Shown in pieces: positions 28,120 through 41,871 of a DNA stretch of 64,000 bases (positions are counted from its first letter, which is position 1; every line of letters begins with the position of its first letter). The notes under the pieces are model-generated. The model was given only the letters and a program-made list of their open reading frames with translations, had not been told where the DNA came from and searched no databases. Location of the stretch: positions 6,709-70,708 of the forward strand of contig CAWEGY010000003.1 in assembly GCA_963808865.1 (NCBI GenBank), given 5' to 3'. The DNA comes from an uncultured Gaiellaceae bacterium. Lineage in GTDB: Bacteria; Actinomycetota; Thermoleophilia; Gaiellales; Gaiellaceae. The position numbers and the translations under genes were made by a program.

Positions 28120-29148
28120 ATGTCGCGGCGCATCCTCATCCTCGCGGAGGGGTTCTCCCACGATTCGCACCACGGCAAGACCATGCGCGGAATCGTCCGC
28201 TACGGGCCGGACCCGGTGGTGGCGATCCTCGACTCGGCGCGCGCGGGCGAGAATCACGGCGACATCCCGATCGTGGGATCGGTCGCGGACGCGGTCGCGT
28301 TCGAGCCGACGGTCGCCATCGTCGGAGTCGCGACGCAGGGGGGACGCTTCCCACCGGCGTGGCGCGAGCTCCTGAAGAGCTGCATCGCCGCCGGGCTGGA
28401 CGTCGAGAGCGGCCTTCACGAGTTCCTCTCGGAGGACGCGGAGCTCTCCAACCTCGCGCGCGCTCACAACGTCGAGCTGCGCGATCTGCGAAAGCCACCG
28501 GCCGGCCTCAGTGTGCCGACGGGGGCGAACCTCGAAGTCGACGCCAAGATCGTCCTGACCGTCGGCTCGGACTGCGCGATCGGGAAGAAGACCGTCGCCG
28601 TCGAGCTCGATCTCGCGGCGCGGGAGCGCGGACTCGCGTCGGTCTTCGTCCCGACCGGCCAGACGGGGATCGCGATCGCCGGCTGGGGGATTGCGGTCGA
28701 TGCGGTCGTCGCCGACTTCCTGGCCGGTGCGGCAGAGCAGCTCGTCGTCGAGGGCGCGGCGCGCGGAGGTGCGGGTGCGCTCCTCTTCGTCGAGGGCCAG
28801 GGCTCGCTTGTGCACCCGATGTACTCCGGCGTGACGCTCGGTCTCGTCCACGGCTCGGCCCCGCACGTGTTCGTGCTCTGCCACCGTGCGGGCTCGACCG
28901 AGATCGAAGGCAGCCCGGGGCACGCGATCCCGCCACTCCCCGAGCTCGTCGCGCTGCACGAGCGCGTCTCGCTCCCGGCCCGCCCGGCCGCGGTCGCGTG
29001 CGTCGCGCTGAACACCGCGGAGATCGCGAACGACGATGACGCACGCGCGGCGATCGCTTCCGTCGCGGAGGAGACCGCGCTGCCCACGGACGACCCCGTC
29101 CGCTTCGGCGGTCGGTATCTGCTTGACGCCGTCCTGGCTCGACTCTAG
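28120..29148 (+). CDS. DUF1611 family protein (DgcN-like putative N-acetyltransferase)
   Basis: ILAEG..GKT..G..RY, VGSDCAIGKKTVA and FVEGQGSL are characteristic DUF1611 motifs. Adjacent to the epimerase gene, as is typical. Confidence 0.7.
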   Translation: MSRRILILAEGFSHDSHHGKTMRGIVRYGPDPVVAILDSARAGENHGDIPIVGSVADAVAFEPTVAIVGVATQGGRFPPAWRELLKSCIAAGLDVESGLHEFLSEDAELSNLARAHNVELRDLRKPPAGLSVPTGANLEVDAKIVLTVGSDCAIGKKTVAVELDLAARERGLASVFVPTGQTGIAIAGWGIAVDAVVADFLAGAAEQLVVEGAARGGAGALLFVEGQGSLVHPMYSGVTLGLVHGSAPHVFVLCHRAGSTEIEGSPGHAIPPLPELVALHERVSLPARPAAVACVALNTAEIANDDDARAAIASVAEETALPTDDPVRFGGRYLLDAVLARL

Positions 29149-29190
29149 GCTCCCACCCGCCGCGGGCAGAGGGGTCCGCGAGCGACTTCG

Positions 29191-30618
29191 ATGCGGCTCC
29201 TCACTGCGGCTATCACGCTCACTGTTGCGCTCCTGTCTGGGGCGTCCGTCGCCGTCGCCGCGGACATCGGCGCGAACGACGACTCGGCGAAGTACGCGGA
29301 GGACGGCGGGGCGGCGATGTACGGGCAGATGGCCCAGCTCGGCCTCCGCCAGACCGTGATCGGCGTTCGCTTCGTGCCCAGCCAGTCGGTCGTCGTCCAG
29401 GACAAGGAGCAGATCGATCGGGCGCTCGCGAGCGCAACGGCTGCCGGGCTCGACGTCGTCCTCGCCGTGTACCCGTATCCGCCTCGCGAGATCGAGGCCG
29501 GCCTCGGGTCGCCGTCGCTCTTCGCCGCGTACGTCGGCGTGTTGGCGTCGATCTACCCGCAGGTGAAGCGCTTCGTCATCGGAAACGAGCCCAACCAGCC
29601 CGCGTTCTGGCGTCCGCAGTTCTCCGCGGCGGGCGGGAACGTGTCTGCCGGCGCGTTCGGTCCGTACCTCGCCGCGGCGTACGACGCGCTGAAGGGCGTG
29701 AACCCCGCGCTCACGGTCGTGGGTGTGGGCCTCTCGCCGCGCGGGAACGACCGCCCGAAGGCGAAGAACAACATCTCCACCTCGCCGGTCCGGTTCCTCC
29801 GTGCGCTCGGCGAGTGGTATCGGCGGAGCGGTCGCGTCGAGCCGCTCATGGACGCCTTCAGCTTCCATCCCTATCCGAACGAGGCGACCGATCCGCTCGA
29901 GCGTGGATACGCGTGGCCGAACGCGGGCTTCGTCGATCTCGACCGCATCAAGCAGGCGCTGTGGGACGCGTTCCACGGCACGGCGCAGCCCACGACTTTG
30001 GACGGGTTGCGCCTCCATCTCGACGAGGTCGGTTGGCAGGTCGACACGACCGGGCGTTCGGGCTACCGAGGTCTCGAGAACGTCTCGGTCACGGACGAGC
30101 TGACGCAGGCGGCCATCTACGGCCGGCTCATCCGCGATGCCGCGTGTGATCCGGATATCGCCGAGGTGAGCTTCTTCGGGTTCCGCGACGACGGACTGCG
30201 CACCGGCTTCCAGGCGGGTCTGCAGCGCCTGGACGGGTCGCCAAGGCCTTCGTCCGCCGCCGTGCAGACCGCGATCGCGGATGCCGCCTCGGGCTGCACC
30301 GGGAACGAGCGCCGCTGGGCGCCCGGCGTGAACGTTGTGGGCGCGAAGATCGCCGTCGGCGGCAAGGCGGCGGCGGTGACCGCTCGCCTGGCGGCCGGAG
30401 AGGACGCCCGCGCCCGGGTCTGCGTACGAGGGCTGTCCGGGAGGCCCTCGCTCTCTAGGTGCCGCTCGGTCAAGGTGCCCGGGCTGCGTCCACTCAGCGT
30501 CGCGGTCCGTCCCTCGGTCGCCCTCGTCGGCCGCGTCCAGGTCGACGTCGCCTTCGCCGCGGAGGCGAACCGCAAGCGCCGCACGCTGCTCGTCCGCCAG
30601 GCGGTGCTTCGGCGCTAA
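29191..30618 (+). CDS. secreted TIM-barrel glycoside-hydrolase-like protein
   Basis: Signal peptide, VIGNEPN motif and FSFHPYP. The C-terminal approximately 100 aa are Arg/Ala-rich. Confidence 0.5.
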   Translation: MRLLTAAITLTVALLSGASVAVAADIGANDDSAKYAEDGGAAMYGQMAQLGLRQTVIGVRFVPSQSVVVQDKEQIDRALASATAAGLDVVLAVYPYPPREIEAGLGSPSLFAAYVGVLASIYPQVKRFVIGNEPNQPAFWRPQFSAAGGNVSAGAFGPYLAAAYDALKGVNPALTVVGVGLSPRGNDRPKAKNNISTSPVRFLRALGEWYRRSGRVEPLMDAFSFHPYPNEATDPLERGYAWPNAGFVDLDRIKQALWDAFHGTAQPTTLDGLRLHLDEVGWQVDTTGRSGYRGLENVSVTDELTQAAIYGRLIRDAACDPDIAEVSFFGFRDDGLRTGFQAGLQRLDGSPRPSSAAVQTAIADAASGCTGNERRWAPGVNVVGAKIAVGGKAAAVTARLAAGEDARARVCVRGLSGRPSLSRCRSVKVPGLRPLSVAVRPSVALVGRVQVDVAFAAEANRKRRTLLVRQAVLRR

Positions 30619-30619
30619 T

Positions 30620-30664
30620 TTGACAGCGAACATGTGTTCGTGTCATAGTACGAACACGTGTTCG
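30620..30664 (+). promoter_or_regulatory. promoter (TTGACA-17/18-CATAGT) overlapped by two LexA/SOS boxes CGAACATGTGTTCG and CGAACACGTGTTCG
   Basis: Boxes at 30627-30640 and 30651-30664 match the Gram-positive/actinobacterial GAAC-N4-GTTC consensus. The second box covers the GTG start of the LysM gene. Confidence 0.8.
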
Positions 30665-30897
30665 GTCGGCTGGTCATCGTCCTTCTCGTCGCCGTGTTCC
30701 TGTGGGCGATGCTCGCGCGAGACACGGGCGCCGGGCCGACGCCGCGCCACCACACGGTGCGGGCGGGCGAGACGCTGTGGTCGATCGCGGACGCGAAGTA
30801 CGGGGGAGACCCGCGGGCGGCTGTGTGGGAGCTGCAGGAAGCGAACGGCCTCTCGGGCGCGACGATCGTCCCGGGCCAGCGTCTTCTCCTGCCGTAG
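30658..30897 (+). CDS. LysM domain membrane protein (SOS-regulated, ChiZ-like context)
   Basis: N-terminal TM plus LysM (HTVRAGETLWSIADAKYG...LQEANGLSGATIVPGQRLLLP). Confidence 0.8.
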   Translation: MFGRLVIVLLVAVFLWAMLARDTGAGPTPRHHTVRAGETLWSIADAKYGGDPRAAVWELQEANGLSGATIVPGQRLLLP

Positions 30898-30937
30898 CCG
30901 TTACGTCGCCGACCTGGCGCTGATATGAAACGGGCAC

Positions 30938-31393
30938 ATGGCGTCCGACCGCATCCTGGAGCTGCTCCGTCGCCCCGTCGACGTCGACGAGTACGCGGAG
31001 ATCCGCGAGCTGTGGAAGACCCACTCGATCGCGGAGGACAACCGCGACCTGCCAGGGCTCATTTCGACGCTGACCGAGGACTGCGTGTACGAGGTCATGG
31101 GTGAGCCGAACGCGCGCTGGGAGGGCCATGACGGCGCCGCCCGCTTCTACACCGAGCTCCTCACGGCATTCCCCGACATCCACTTCGACCTCGAGTACAT
31201 CGTCATCGGCCCGCAGGGCGTGTGCGAGGAGGCGCGGGTCACGGGAACACACGAGGGGCGCTGGCTCCACCATGAGGCGACCGGCGAGCGGCTGGAGTGG
31301 AAGAACGCGATCTTCTTCCCCTGGGACCCCGCGGCGAAGAGGTTCAAGGGCGAGATGGTCTACACCGACCTCGTCCTGCCCGCGACGGGCTAG
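30938..31393 (+). CDS. SnoaL-like / ester cyclase (NTF2 fold) protein
   Basis: The DNRDLPGLISTLTEDCVYE...FYTELLTAFPDIHFD pattern. Confidence 0.65.
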   Translation: MASDRILELLRRPVDVDEYAEIRELWKTHSIAEDNRDLPGLISTLTEDCVYEVMGEPNARWEGHDGAARFYTELLTAFPDIHFDLEYIVIGPQGVCEEARVTGTHEGRWLHHEATGERLEWKNAIFFPWDPAAKRFKGEMVYTDLVLPATG

Positions 31394-31577
31394 ACGACCG
31401 CGACGGCCGCAGGCGCGTCCGGCGGCAGAACTGCTTGCCGCGACCGCCGCGGATCTGGAGCATCGCGGTGTCCGGGAACGCAGCAGCCCGGACGAGCGGT
31501 ACTCCCGCGTCGCCGCATGCACTCGGTATCGGCTCGCACAAGGCGGTTTTTGAGAGCACGCCCTACAATCGGCCGCC

Positions 31578-32559
31578 GTGGACCTCGACGTCGTTTTCCT
31601 CGGGACGTCCGGTTCCATGCCTACTGCCAAGCGCGCCCTGAGCGCCACGCTCGTTCGCAGGGGAGGGGAGAGGCTCCTGTTCGACTGCGCGGAGGGCACA
31701 CAGCGTCAGCTCCTGCGCAGCGACGTGGGGCTCGTCGACCTCGAGGAGATCTACCTCACGCACTTCCACGCCGACCACTACCTCGGCCTGCCGGGAATGC
31801 TGAAGACGTTCGCGCTGCGCGGGCGCGAGGTGCCTTTGACGCTGTACGGCCCCGCGAGGTCTCGGCGAGCTGCTCGGGACGCTCCGACGGATCTTCGGCC
31901 GGCTCACCTACCCGGTCGAGACCGTCGAGCTCGACCCTGGAGCGGTCGTGGAACGCAACGCCTACCGGCTCGAGACCTTCGCGGTCGCTCACGGTGTCAC
32001 GGCGATCGGCTACGCACTCGTGGAGGACGCGCGCCCAGGCCGCTTCGACGTGGACGTCGCGACGAGCCTCGGCGTCCCGGACGGCCCGGATCGCGGGAAG
32101 CTCCAGCGCGGCGAGTCGGTCACGCTCGCTGACGGTCGCGTCGTCACGCCCGAGGACGTGCTCGGCCCGGCACGGGCCGGCCGCAAGCTCGTCCTGACGG
32201 GGGACACGGCGCCCGTCGCATCCGTGGTCGATGCCGCCGCGGGCGCGGACGTCCTCGTGCACGAGGCGACCTTTCTCGCCGACGAGCGGGAGCGCGCACG
32301 CGAGACGTCGCACTCGACCGCAGGCGAGGCCGCGCTCGCCGCAAGTGCCGCGGGCGTGAAGCTGCTTGCGCTGACGCACGTGTCCACCCGGTACTTCGGG
32401 CATCAGGTGCTCGAGGAGGCGCAGGAGGTCTTCCCCGCAACAGTCGTCCCGCGAGACTTCGACGTCGTCGCGATCCCGTTCCCCGAACGGGGGTCGCCGG
32501 AGCTCGTGCGATCCGGGGCGAGGGCGTCGCGGGCTCCGGTAGTGTCCGCTGAGTCGTGA
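31578..32559 (+). CDS. rnz: ribonuclease Z, apparent frameshift near 31855
   Basis: LGTSGSMPT and HFHADHYLGLPG lie in ORF 31578..32132. The continuation GLGELLGTLRRIF...HEATF...LALTHVSTRY lies in the frame of ORF 31948..32559. Confidence 0.85.
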
Positions 32560-32786
32560 CGAGACTCGTGCAGGTGGCCGTCGCCGGCGACGTGGCCGAG
32601 GGCGAGCAGCTCCAGGAGCTGCTCTCGGACGCAGGGATCGAGTCCCAGCTCGAGGCCGCAGGGGAGCACGATGCCGACGCGCTCGACGACCCGCCCCTCA
32701 AGGTGCTCGTCGCGGAGTCCGAGGTCGAGGACGCGCGGGACGCGATCGAGGCTCTCGGCGAGCCTGACGAGCCGACGGGCGAGTAG
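32556..32786 (+). CDS. small acidic protein (DUF2007-like)
   Basis: Coupled to the rnz stop. Pattern ...VAVAGD..EGE.L..LL.DAGIE...VLV.E..VEDARDAI. Confidence 0.45.
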   Translation: MTRLVQVAVAGDVAEGEQLQELLSDAGIESQLEAAGEHDADALDDPPLKVLVAESEVEDARDAIEALGEPDEPTGE

Positions 32787-32792
32787 CGCTCG

Positions 32793-34844
32793 TCAACCGG
32801 TGCGGACGTACTCGATCCGCGTCGAGCCTATGAGCCCGTCCGACTCGAGCTCGTACACGCACCGGCGCGAGCTGTCCGCGTAAGCGGGGCCTGGCACCGC
32901 CGGGCGCCAGACCGTGTTGGCGGGTATCGCCCGCTCGGCCACCGTCCGTCCGTCGAGCCTGATGCGGGTCGAAAGGCCCTGCTTCCCGAGCAGGGTGAGC
33001 TGGAGCTCGCCGGGCGCACACGCGAACACCTCGATGCGCGCCGACGCGCCACCGTGGAGGTCGCCGTTCGGCCTGAGGCCCCTGACCCGCTGCGTGATGC
33101 GCAGAGGGTGCTCGACATCCCAGAGGGTCATCCCGGGCTCGTCGGTCGACGCGATCGTGGCGATCGGCTCGCCGGCGGAGCGGATGGTCGTCGGCGCGGC
33201 GAGCTGCGCCGCCTCGATGACGCGTCCGTCCGCGTTCACGAGCACGCCGTCGTCGCGGATGGTCGCGACCTCCTGCGGGACGACGCCGGGCGACCGCGTG
33301 TCGCGCAGTCGCACGACGTCCGTGATGGAGCGATTCCAGAACATCTGGTGCCACACGCTCGGCCAGATCCTGTCTCCGGTGACGAGATACGCGACCTCGG
33401 CGCCGCCGCCGGCGTCGAGCCAGTCCACGGGCGCGCCGGCGAAGAGCGTCTGTCGGTCGAACTGCGAGCGTTCCCGCATCTCGTGCGACGCCACCAGGGT
33501 GCCCGTGGCCAGCACGAGGGCGACGACCCCGGCGATGACGGGCGCCGCCCGCCGGGGCACGAGCACGGCGACGAGCAGGAACGCGGCCGCGGCGCCCGCG
33601 TAGATCGTCTCGAAGGTCACCTCAGACACGCTGCGCCGCAGGTGCTCGAGTGGGACGGTCGACAGCGCGTCGGCCGCGGACGCGCGGGTCGTGATCCGCT
33701 CGACCGGCAGGAGCAGCGCCGAGGCGGCGACCGCGAGGGCGAGCAGGGATGTCGCGGGCTGCGGGCGCGGCATCCCGCGTGCGAGCCAGACGGCGAAGGC
33801 GACGAACACCGGGGGCGCGATCGAGAGCAGCTGGCGCTCGGTGATGTGCTCGACGAAACGTGAGGCGAACACACCTACCTCCACCACCGTCACGACGAGG
33901 TAGGCGAGCGCTGTCGCCACGAGCGCCCTGACGCCCGCGTCGCTCTCCCGCCCGCGCAGGAGGTCCCATGCGAGCACGCCGAGCGCGAGGAGCGGGACGC
34001 CCACCGTCACGATGACCACGGCCCCGGTCTGCCATGCCACGTACCTGAAGACGTCCGAGAGGGAGTACTCGCCCGCCTCGGCGAGCGTCGCGTACGCGCC
34101 CAGCGTCTGCCCGATTCCCCCGGTCACGAGCCGACCCGCCACCCAGAGTGCCGCGAACGCCGCGAACGCGACGAGCGTCGGCAGCAGTCGGCGGAACGGG
34201 GCCCGCGAGCGCTCGGCGACGGCGAGCACTCCGAGGGCGACGACGATCGCGGCGACGAAGCCGATGGCCTGCGTGCGTGTCGCGAGCGCCGCCCCGATCG
34301 CCGCGACGAGAGCCAGCTGACGGAGAAGCGTCGGCCGGTGCAGGGCCGCCGCGAGAGCCCACGCGGCGACGACGGCGAGCGGGTAGTACAGCGCCTCGCT
34401 CATCAGCAGCGCGCTGTAGGCAAGCCCTGGGATGAGCACGGTCAGCGTCGACGCGAACAGCGCGAGCCGGGCTCCGGCGAGCGGGCGGGCCCAGAAGAAG
34501 ATGGGGATCGCGGTCGCCGACATCGCCAGCGCCTGGGCGACCTGGGTGATCGTGAGCGCCGTGGCGGTGTCCGCCACGACCGAGGCGAGGCCGACGAACA
34601 GTGGATACAGGAGGCTGTAGTACGGGACAGGCCCGCCGACGATGGTCAGGCCGTCTCCGTGGACGAGCGAGCGGCCGACCAGGCCGTAGAGGTGCTCGTC
34701 GGGGGCGATCCAGGGCGCGTCCACTCCGCGTGAGAGCGCGAAGCGGACGGCGGTCGACACGAGGACGAGCGCGCCCAGCGCGACGAGCGCGCGATCGATG
34801 CCTCGGCGGGACACCGGCGGAAGGTTGCCAGCCGATCCGGTCAC
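32793..34844 (-). CDS. polytopic membrane glycosyltransferase-like protein (GT-C / ArnT-PMT-like) with a C-terminal extracytoplasmic domain
   Basis: About 12 hydrophobic segments in the N-terminal 430 aa, an early DE..Y motif (APDEHLY) and a soluble C-terminus. Confidence 0.5.
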   Translation of the reverse strand: MTGSAGNLPPVSRRGIDRALVALGALVLVSTAVRFALSRGVDAPWIAPDEHLYGLVGRSLVHGDGLTIVGGPVPYYSLLYPLFVGLASVVADTATALTITQVAQALAMSATAIPIFFWARPLAGARLALFASTLTVLIPGLAYSALLMSEALYYPLAVVAAWALAAALHRPTLLRQLALVAAIGAALATRTQAIGFVAAIVVALGVLAVAERSRAPFRRLLPTLVAFAAFAALWVAGRLVTGGIGQTLGAYATLAEAGEYSLSDVFRYVAWQTGAVVIVTVGVPLLALGVLAWDLLRGRESDAGVRALVATALAYLVVTVVEVGVFASRFVEHITERQLLSIAPPVFVAFAVWLARGMPRPQPATSLLALAVAASALLLPVERITTRASAADALSTVPLEHLRRSVSEVTFETIYAGAAAAFLLVAVLVPRRAAPVIAGVVALVLATGTLVASHEMRERSQFDRQTLFAGAPVDWLDAGGGAEVAYLVTGDRIWPSVWHQMFWNRSITDVVRLRDTRSPGVVPQEVATIRDDGVLVNADGRVIEAAQLAAPTTIRSAGEPIATIASTDEPGMTLWDVEHPLRITQRVRGLRPNGDLHGGASARIEVFACAPGELQLTLLGKQGLSTRIRLDGRTVAERAIPANTVWRPAVPGPAYADSSRRCVYELESDGLIGSTRIEYVRTG

Positions 34845-34891
34845 GGGGCGTCCGGAGGTGCCTGTCGAGCGGTCCCGCTAGACTCGCCCAG

Positions 34892-34927
34892 GCCCTTTAA
34901 GCCCGGCTCAGCGAGGCCGGAAAGGAG
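34892..34927 (+). promoter_or_regulatory. PyrR-binding stem-loop sequestering the pyrR RBS
   Basis: CCUUUAAGCCCGGCUCAGCGAGGCCGGAAAGGAG resembles the PyrR recognition loop (..CAGAGAGG..). The CCUUU/AAAGG stem includes the Shine-Dalgarno sequence. Confidence 0.6.
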
Positions 34928-34931
34928 CGAG

Positions 34932-35539
34932 ATGACGACGCACGTCCCCGACGCCCTGGCGAAGCTCCTGCTCGACGCCGAGGCGATCTCGAAGTCCCTC
35001 TCCCGCATCGCGCACGAGCTCATCGAGCGCAACGAGGGGCCGGACGGGAGGGGCTCGACCGCGTCGCGCTCGTGGGGATCCAGACTCGTGGCGCGCCGCT
35101 CGCCTCGCGGCTGCGAAGGCTCGTCGCCGAGCGAAGCGGCGTCGAGCTTCCGGTCGGGGCGCTCGACATCACGTTCCATCGCGACGACGTCCACGTCCGG
35201 GACGGCGGCCGTGCGCCCGGGCGGCAGCCGGTCGTGCGCGCCACGAGCATCCCGTTCTCGATCGAGGGCATGACCGTCGTGCTGGTGGACGACGTCCTCT
35301 ACACGGGGCGGACGATTCGCGCTGCGATCGACGCACTGCTCGAGTTCGGCCGCCCGGCCAGGGTGCAGCTGGCCGTGCTCGTGGATCGCGGGCACCGCGA
35401 ACTGCCCATCCGAGCGGACTACGTGGGGAAGAACCTCCCGACCGGCCTCGCCGAGCGCATCCAGGTGGAGCTCGTCGAGGTCGACGAGCGCGACGGCGTG
35501 TTCCTCGTGGCCGAGCCGGAAGGCGAGAGCGGTGGCTGA
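34932..35539 (+). CDS. pyrR: bifunctional pyrimidine operon regulator / uracil phosphoribosyltransferase PyrR, apparent frameshift near 35050
   Basis: N-terminus ([24 protein letters not shown]) is in ORF 34932..35273. The rest ([11 protein letters not shown]...[17 protein letters not shown]) is in ORF 35072..35539. Confidence 0.9.
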
Positions 35540-36492
35540 GCTCCGTCCGCCGCCAGCGCCGCGCAGGCACCTGCTCTCGATCGCCGACCTCGAGCGGCCG
35601 GACGTCGAGCGGATCCTCGATACGGCCGGCTCGCTCGCCGCGGCTCTCGACCGCGAGCTGAAGAAGCTGCCGACGTTGCGCGGAAGGACGGTCGTGAACC
35701 TCTTCTACGAGTCCTCCACGCGCACGCTCGCGAGCTTCGAGCTCGCGGCGAAGCGGCTCTCCGCGGACACGATGTCCCTCCGCTCGGCCGGCTCGTCGGT
35801 GGACAAGGGCGAGTCGCTGAAGGACACGGCTTTGACGCTCGCGGCATACGAGCCGGACGTGATCGTCGTGCGGCACCCGTCGATCGGAGCTCCGCAGCTC
35901 GTCGCCCGCGTGACCGACGCCCACGTGGTCAATGCGGGCGACGGGAAGCACCAGCACCCGACACAGGCGCTGCTCGACCTGTACACCATGCGCGAGGCGC
36001 TCGGGCACCTCGACGGGCTCCAGGTCGCGATCGTCGGGGACGTCCTGCACTCGCGCGTCGCGCGCTCCCTCGTACAGGCGCTCGGGCTCGTCGGCGGTCA
36101 GGTCACCCTCGTCGGGCCGCCCACGCTCATCCCGCGCGGGATCGACGCTCTCGGCTGCACCGTCTCGACGGACATCGGCGTGATCGAGGACGCGGACGTC
36201 GTGTACGTCCTGCGCATGCAGCACGAGCGCATGTGCGAGGCCTTCGTTCCCTCTCTCCGCGAGTACACGGCTCTCTACGGACTGACGCCCGAGCGGGTTC
36301 GGGACGGGCAGATCGTGATGCACCCAGGCCCGATGAACCGCGGCGTCGAGATCGATCCGCAGAGTCGCGGACTCGGCGGCGGCGCGCGTGACGGATCAGG
36401 TCCGCGCCGGGCTCGTCGTGCGCATGGCGGTCCTCTACGACGTGCTCACCGTCGCCCAAGTCGAGGCGCGCGCCGCCGTGGGGGTCGCGTGA
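35532..36492 (+). CDS. pyrB: aspartate carbamoyltransferase catalytic subunit, apparent frameshift near 36362
   Basis: Contains STRTLASFE and HPTQALLD. The C-terminus ([28 protein letters not shown]...) is in another frame, ending at TGA 36490-36492. Confidence 0.9.
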
Positions 36493-37763
36493 TCCTCGCT
36501 TGCGCCAACGGACGGAGCGACTCCTTCGCCCTCGAAGGGCGCGTCATCGCGCCCACGCAGGGGATCGACGAGTCTCTGCGCTTGACCGTCTCGGACGGCG
36601 TCATCAGCGCGATCGAGCCTGCTCCTGCGAGTCGCATGGTCATCGCGCCTGCGTTCGTCGACCCGCACGTCCATCTCCGTACGCCAGGGCGGGAGGACGA
36701 GGAGACGATCGCCTCGGGCACCGCGGCGGCAGCCGCCGGCGGGTACTGCGCGATCCTCGCGATGCCGAACACCGATCCGGTGGTCGACTCCGCCTCCGTG
36801 CTGGGCGCACTGGTCGACCGAGCGCGGGAGCAGGCGGTCGTGCCGACGGGCTTCTTCGCGGCGATCAGCAAGGGACAGCATGGGGAGGAGCTGACCGAGA
36901 TGGTCGAGCTCGCCGACGCAGGCGCGGTCGGCTTCACCGATGACGGACGGCCCGTCGTCTCGGCCGGCCTCATGCGCCGCGCGCTGCAGTACAGCGCGCT
37001 TACACCGCTCCGTCTCGCCTTGCACTGCGAGGACCCCGAGCTCTCGCGCGGAGGGCACGCGCACGAGGGGCAGATGTCGGCCGAGCTCGGCGTCGGGCCG
37101 TATCCGTCGCTCGCCGAGAGTGTCATGGTCGAGCGCGACCTCGCGCTCGCAGCGACGGAGAGCCGTCCCGTCCACCTCATGCATCTGTCTGCGCGCGAGT
37201 CGGTCGTCGCGCTCGACGTCGCTCTCGAGCGCGACGTCTCGGCGACCGCCGAGGTGACACCGCATCACCTCGTGCTCACCGACGAGGCGGTGCGGTCGCT
37301 CGATCCCAACGCCAAGATGAACCCGCCGCTTCGTGCCTCGAGCGACCGAGAGGCTCTACGGGATGCGCTGCGGCGTGGTGCGATCTCCTGCGTCGCGACC
37401 GACCATGCTCCGCACGCCCGCCACGAGAAGGATGTGCCGTTCGAGGAGGCGCCGTTCGGCGTCACGGGGCTCGAGACCGCGTTTCCGGCGCTCTACACCC
37501 ACCTCGTCCTGCCGGGCGAGGTCGCCCTCGAGACCGTGCTCGAGCGCATGTCGAGCGGGCCGGCGCGCGCGTTCGGGCTCGACGAGCCCCGGATCGAGGT
37601 CGGTGCCCGCGCGAACCTTGTCGAGCTCGACCTGGATGCAGAGTGGGTCGTCGCCGAGGACGGGTTCCGCTCCCTTTCCGCGAACTCGTGGCTGCTGGGC
37701 GAGACCCTGCGCGGGCGAGTGACCAGGACCGTCGCCGACGGACGAGTCGTCTTCGCGGCATGA
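36489..37763 (+). CDS. pyrC: dihydroorotase
   Basis: GTG overlaps the pyrB stop. Contains [19 protein letters not shown] and the KMNPPLR motif. Confidence 0.9.
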   Translation: MILACANGRSDSFALEGRVIAPTQGIDESLRLTVSDGVISAIEPAPASRMVIAPAFVDPHVHLRTPGREDEETIASGTAAAAAGGYCAILAMPNTDPVVDSASVLGALVDRAREQAVVPTGFFAAISKGQHGEELTEMVELADAGAVGFTDDGRPVVSAGLMRRALQYSALTPLRLALHCEDPELSRGGHAHEGQMSAELGVGPYPSLAESVMVERDLALAATESRPVHLMHLSARESVVALDVALERDVSATAEVTPHHLVLTDEAVRSLDPNAKMNPPLRASSDREALRDALRRGAISCVATDHAPHARHEKDVPFEEAPFGVTGLETAFPALYTHLVLPGEVALETVLERMSSGPARAFGLDEPRIEVGARANLVELDLDAEWVVAEDGFRSLSANSWLLGETLRGRVTRTVADGRVVFAA

Positions 37764-38805
37764 GCGCGGCTTATCTCCTCCTGGAGGACGGGACGCTCTT
37801 CCGCGGGCGCTCCGTTGCCGCCGACGGCGCCGTCTTCGGCGAGGCGGTCTTCACGACCGGAATGACCGGCTACCAGGAGACCGTCACCGATCCGAGCTAC
37901 GCGGGCCAGCTCGTCTGCTTCACGGCGCCGATGGTCGGCAACTACGGCGTCGCGGACGAGCGCGGCGAATCGGCGACACCGCACGCAAGGGCGGCGCTGA
38001 TGCGCAGGCTCGGCGGGCAGGAATGGGCCGACTGGCTTCGCGCACACGGTCTCCTCGGCCTCGACGAGCTCGACACGCGCTCGCTCGTCCTCAAACTGCG
38101 CGACGAGGGCGCGATGCGGGCCTGTGTCGCCTCGGGCGAGGAAGTGCTCTCCACCGACGACGCCCTCGTGCAGGTGCGCGAGCAGCCGCGGATGGAGGGG
38201 CAGGAGCTCGTGTCCGCAGTCTCGACGCGAGATCCGTACGTCTGGAACGCCGAGGGCGCGACGCACGTCGCAGTCGTCGACTACGGGGCGAAGCGCTCGA
38301 TCTTTCGCCGGCTCGCCCGCGCGGGCGCCGCTGTGACGGTGCTTCCGCACTCGGCGAGCGCGGACGAGCTCGCGGAGTACGACGGCGTCGTCCTCTCGAA
38401 CGGGCCCGGGGATCCCGAGCCGCTGCACGAGGAGGTCGCAGCCGTCCGCGGCGCGCTCGGCCGCGTCCCGATCCTCGGCATCTGCCTCGGGCACCAGCTC
38501 CTCGGGCTCGCAACCGGGCACGAGACGTACAAGCTGCCGTTCGGCCATCGCGGCGCGAACCACCCGGTGCTCGAGCGCAGCACGGGCCGCGTCCTCGTGA
38601 CGAGCCAGAACCACGGTTTTGCCGTCGCTCCGTCGGAGGGATCGGAAGCGACTCACGTGTCCCTGTACGACGGAACCGTGGAGGGCTTCGACTTCCCCGA
38701 GCTGCGGGCGCGCTCGGTGCAGTTCCACCCGGAAGCAGGACCTGGCCCACACGACGCCTGGCCGATCCTCGAGCGCTGGGTCGACGAGCTCCGGAGCCAC
38801 GACTG

Positions 38806-38806
<1 letters not shown>
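37760..38806 (+). CDS. carA: carbamoyl-phosphate synthase small (glutaminase) subunit
   Basis: ATGA overlap with pyrC. Contains GICLGHQLL and HGFAV. Confidence 0.92.

Positions 38807-41867
<3,061 letters not shown>

Positions 41868-41871
<4 letters not shown>

Noticed and set aside
38023-38805. Long N-terminal extensions of track ORFs, for example carB from 38023, trpD from 10032, pyrD from 41738, rimP from 50448 and rpsO from 61274
   Set aside because: The extensions overlap the preceding genes in another frame and are Arg-rich nonsense. Conserved N-termini and coupled start/stop overlaps (ATGA, GTGA, TGATG) define the internal starts.
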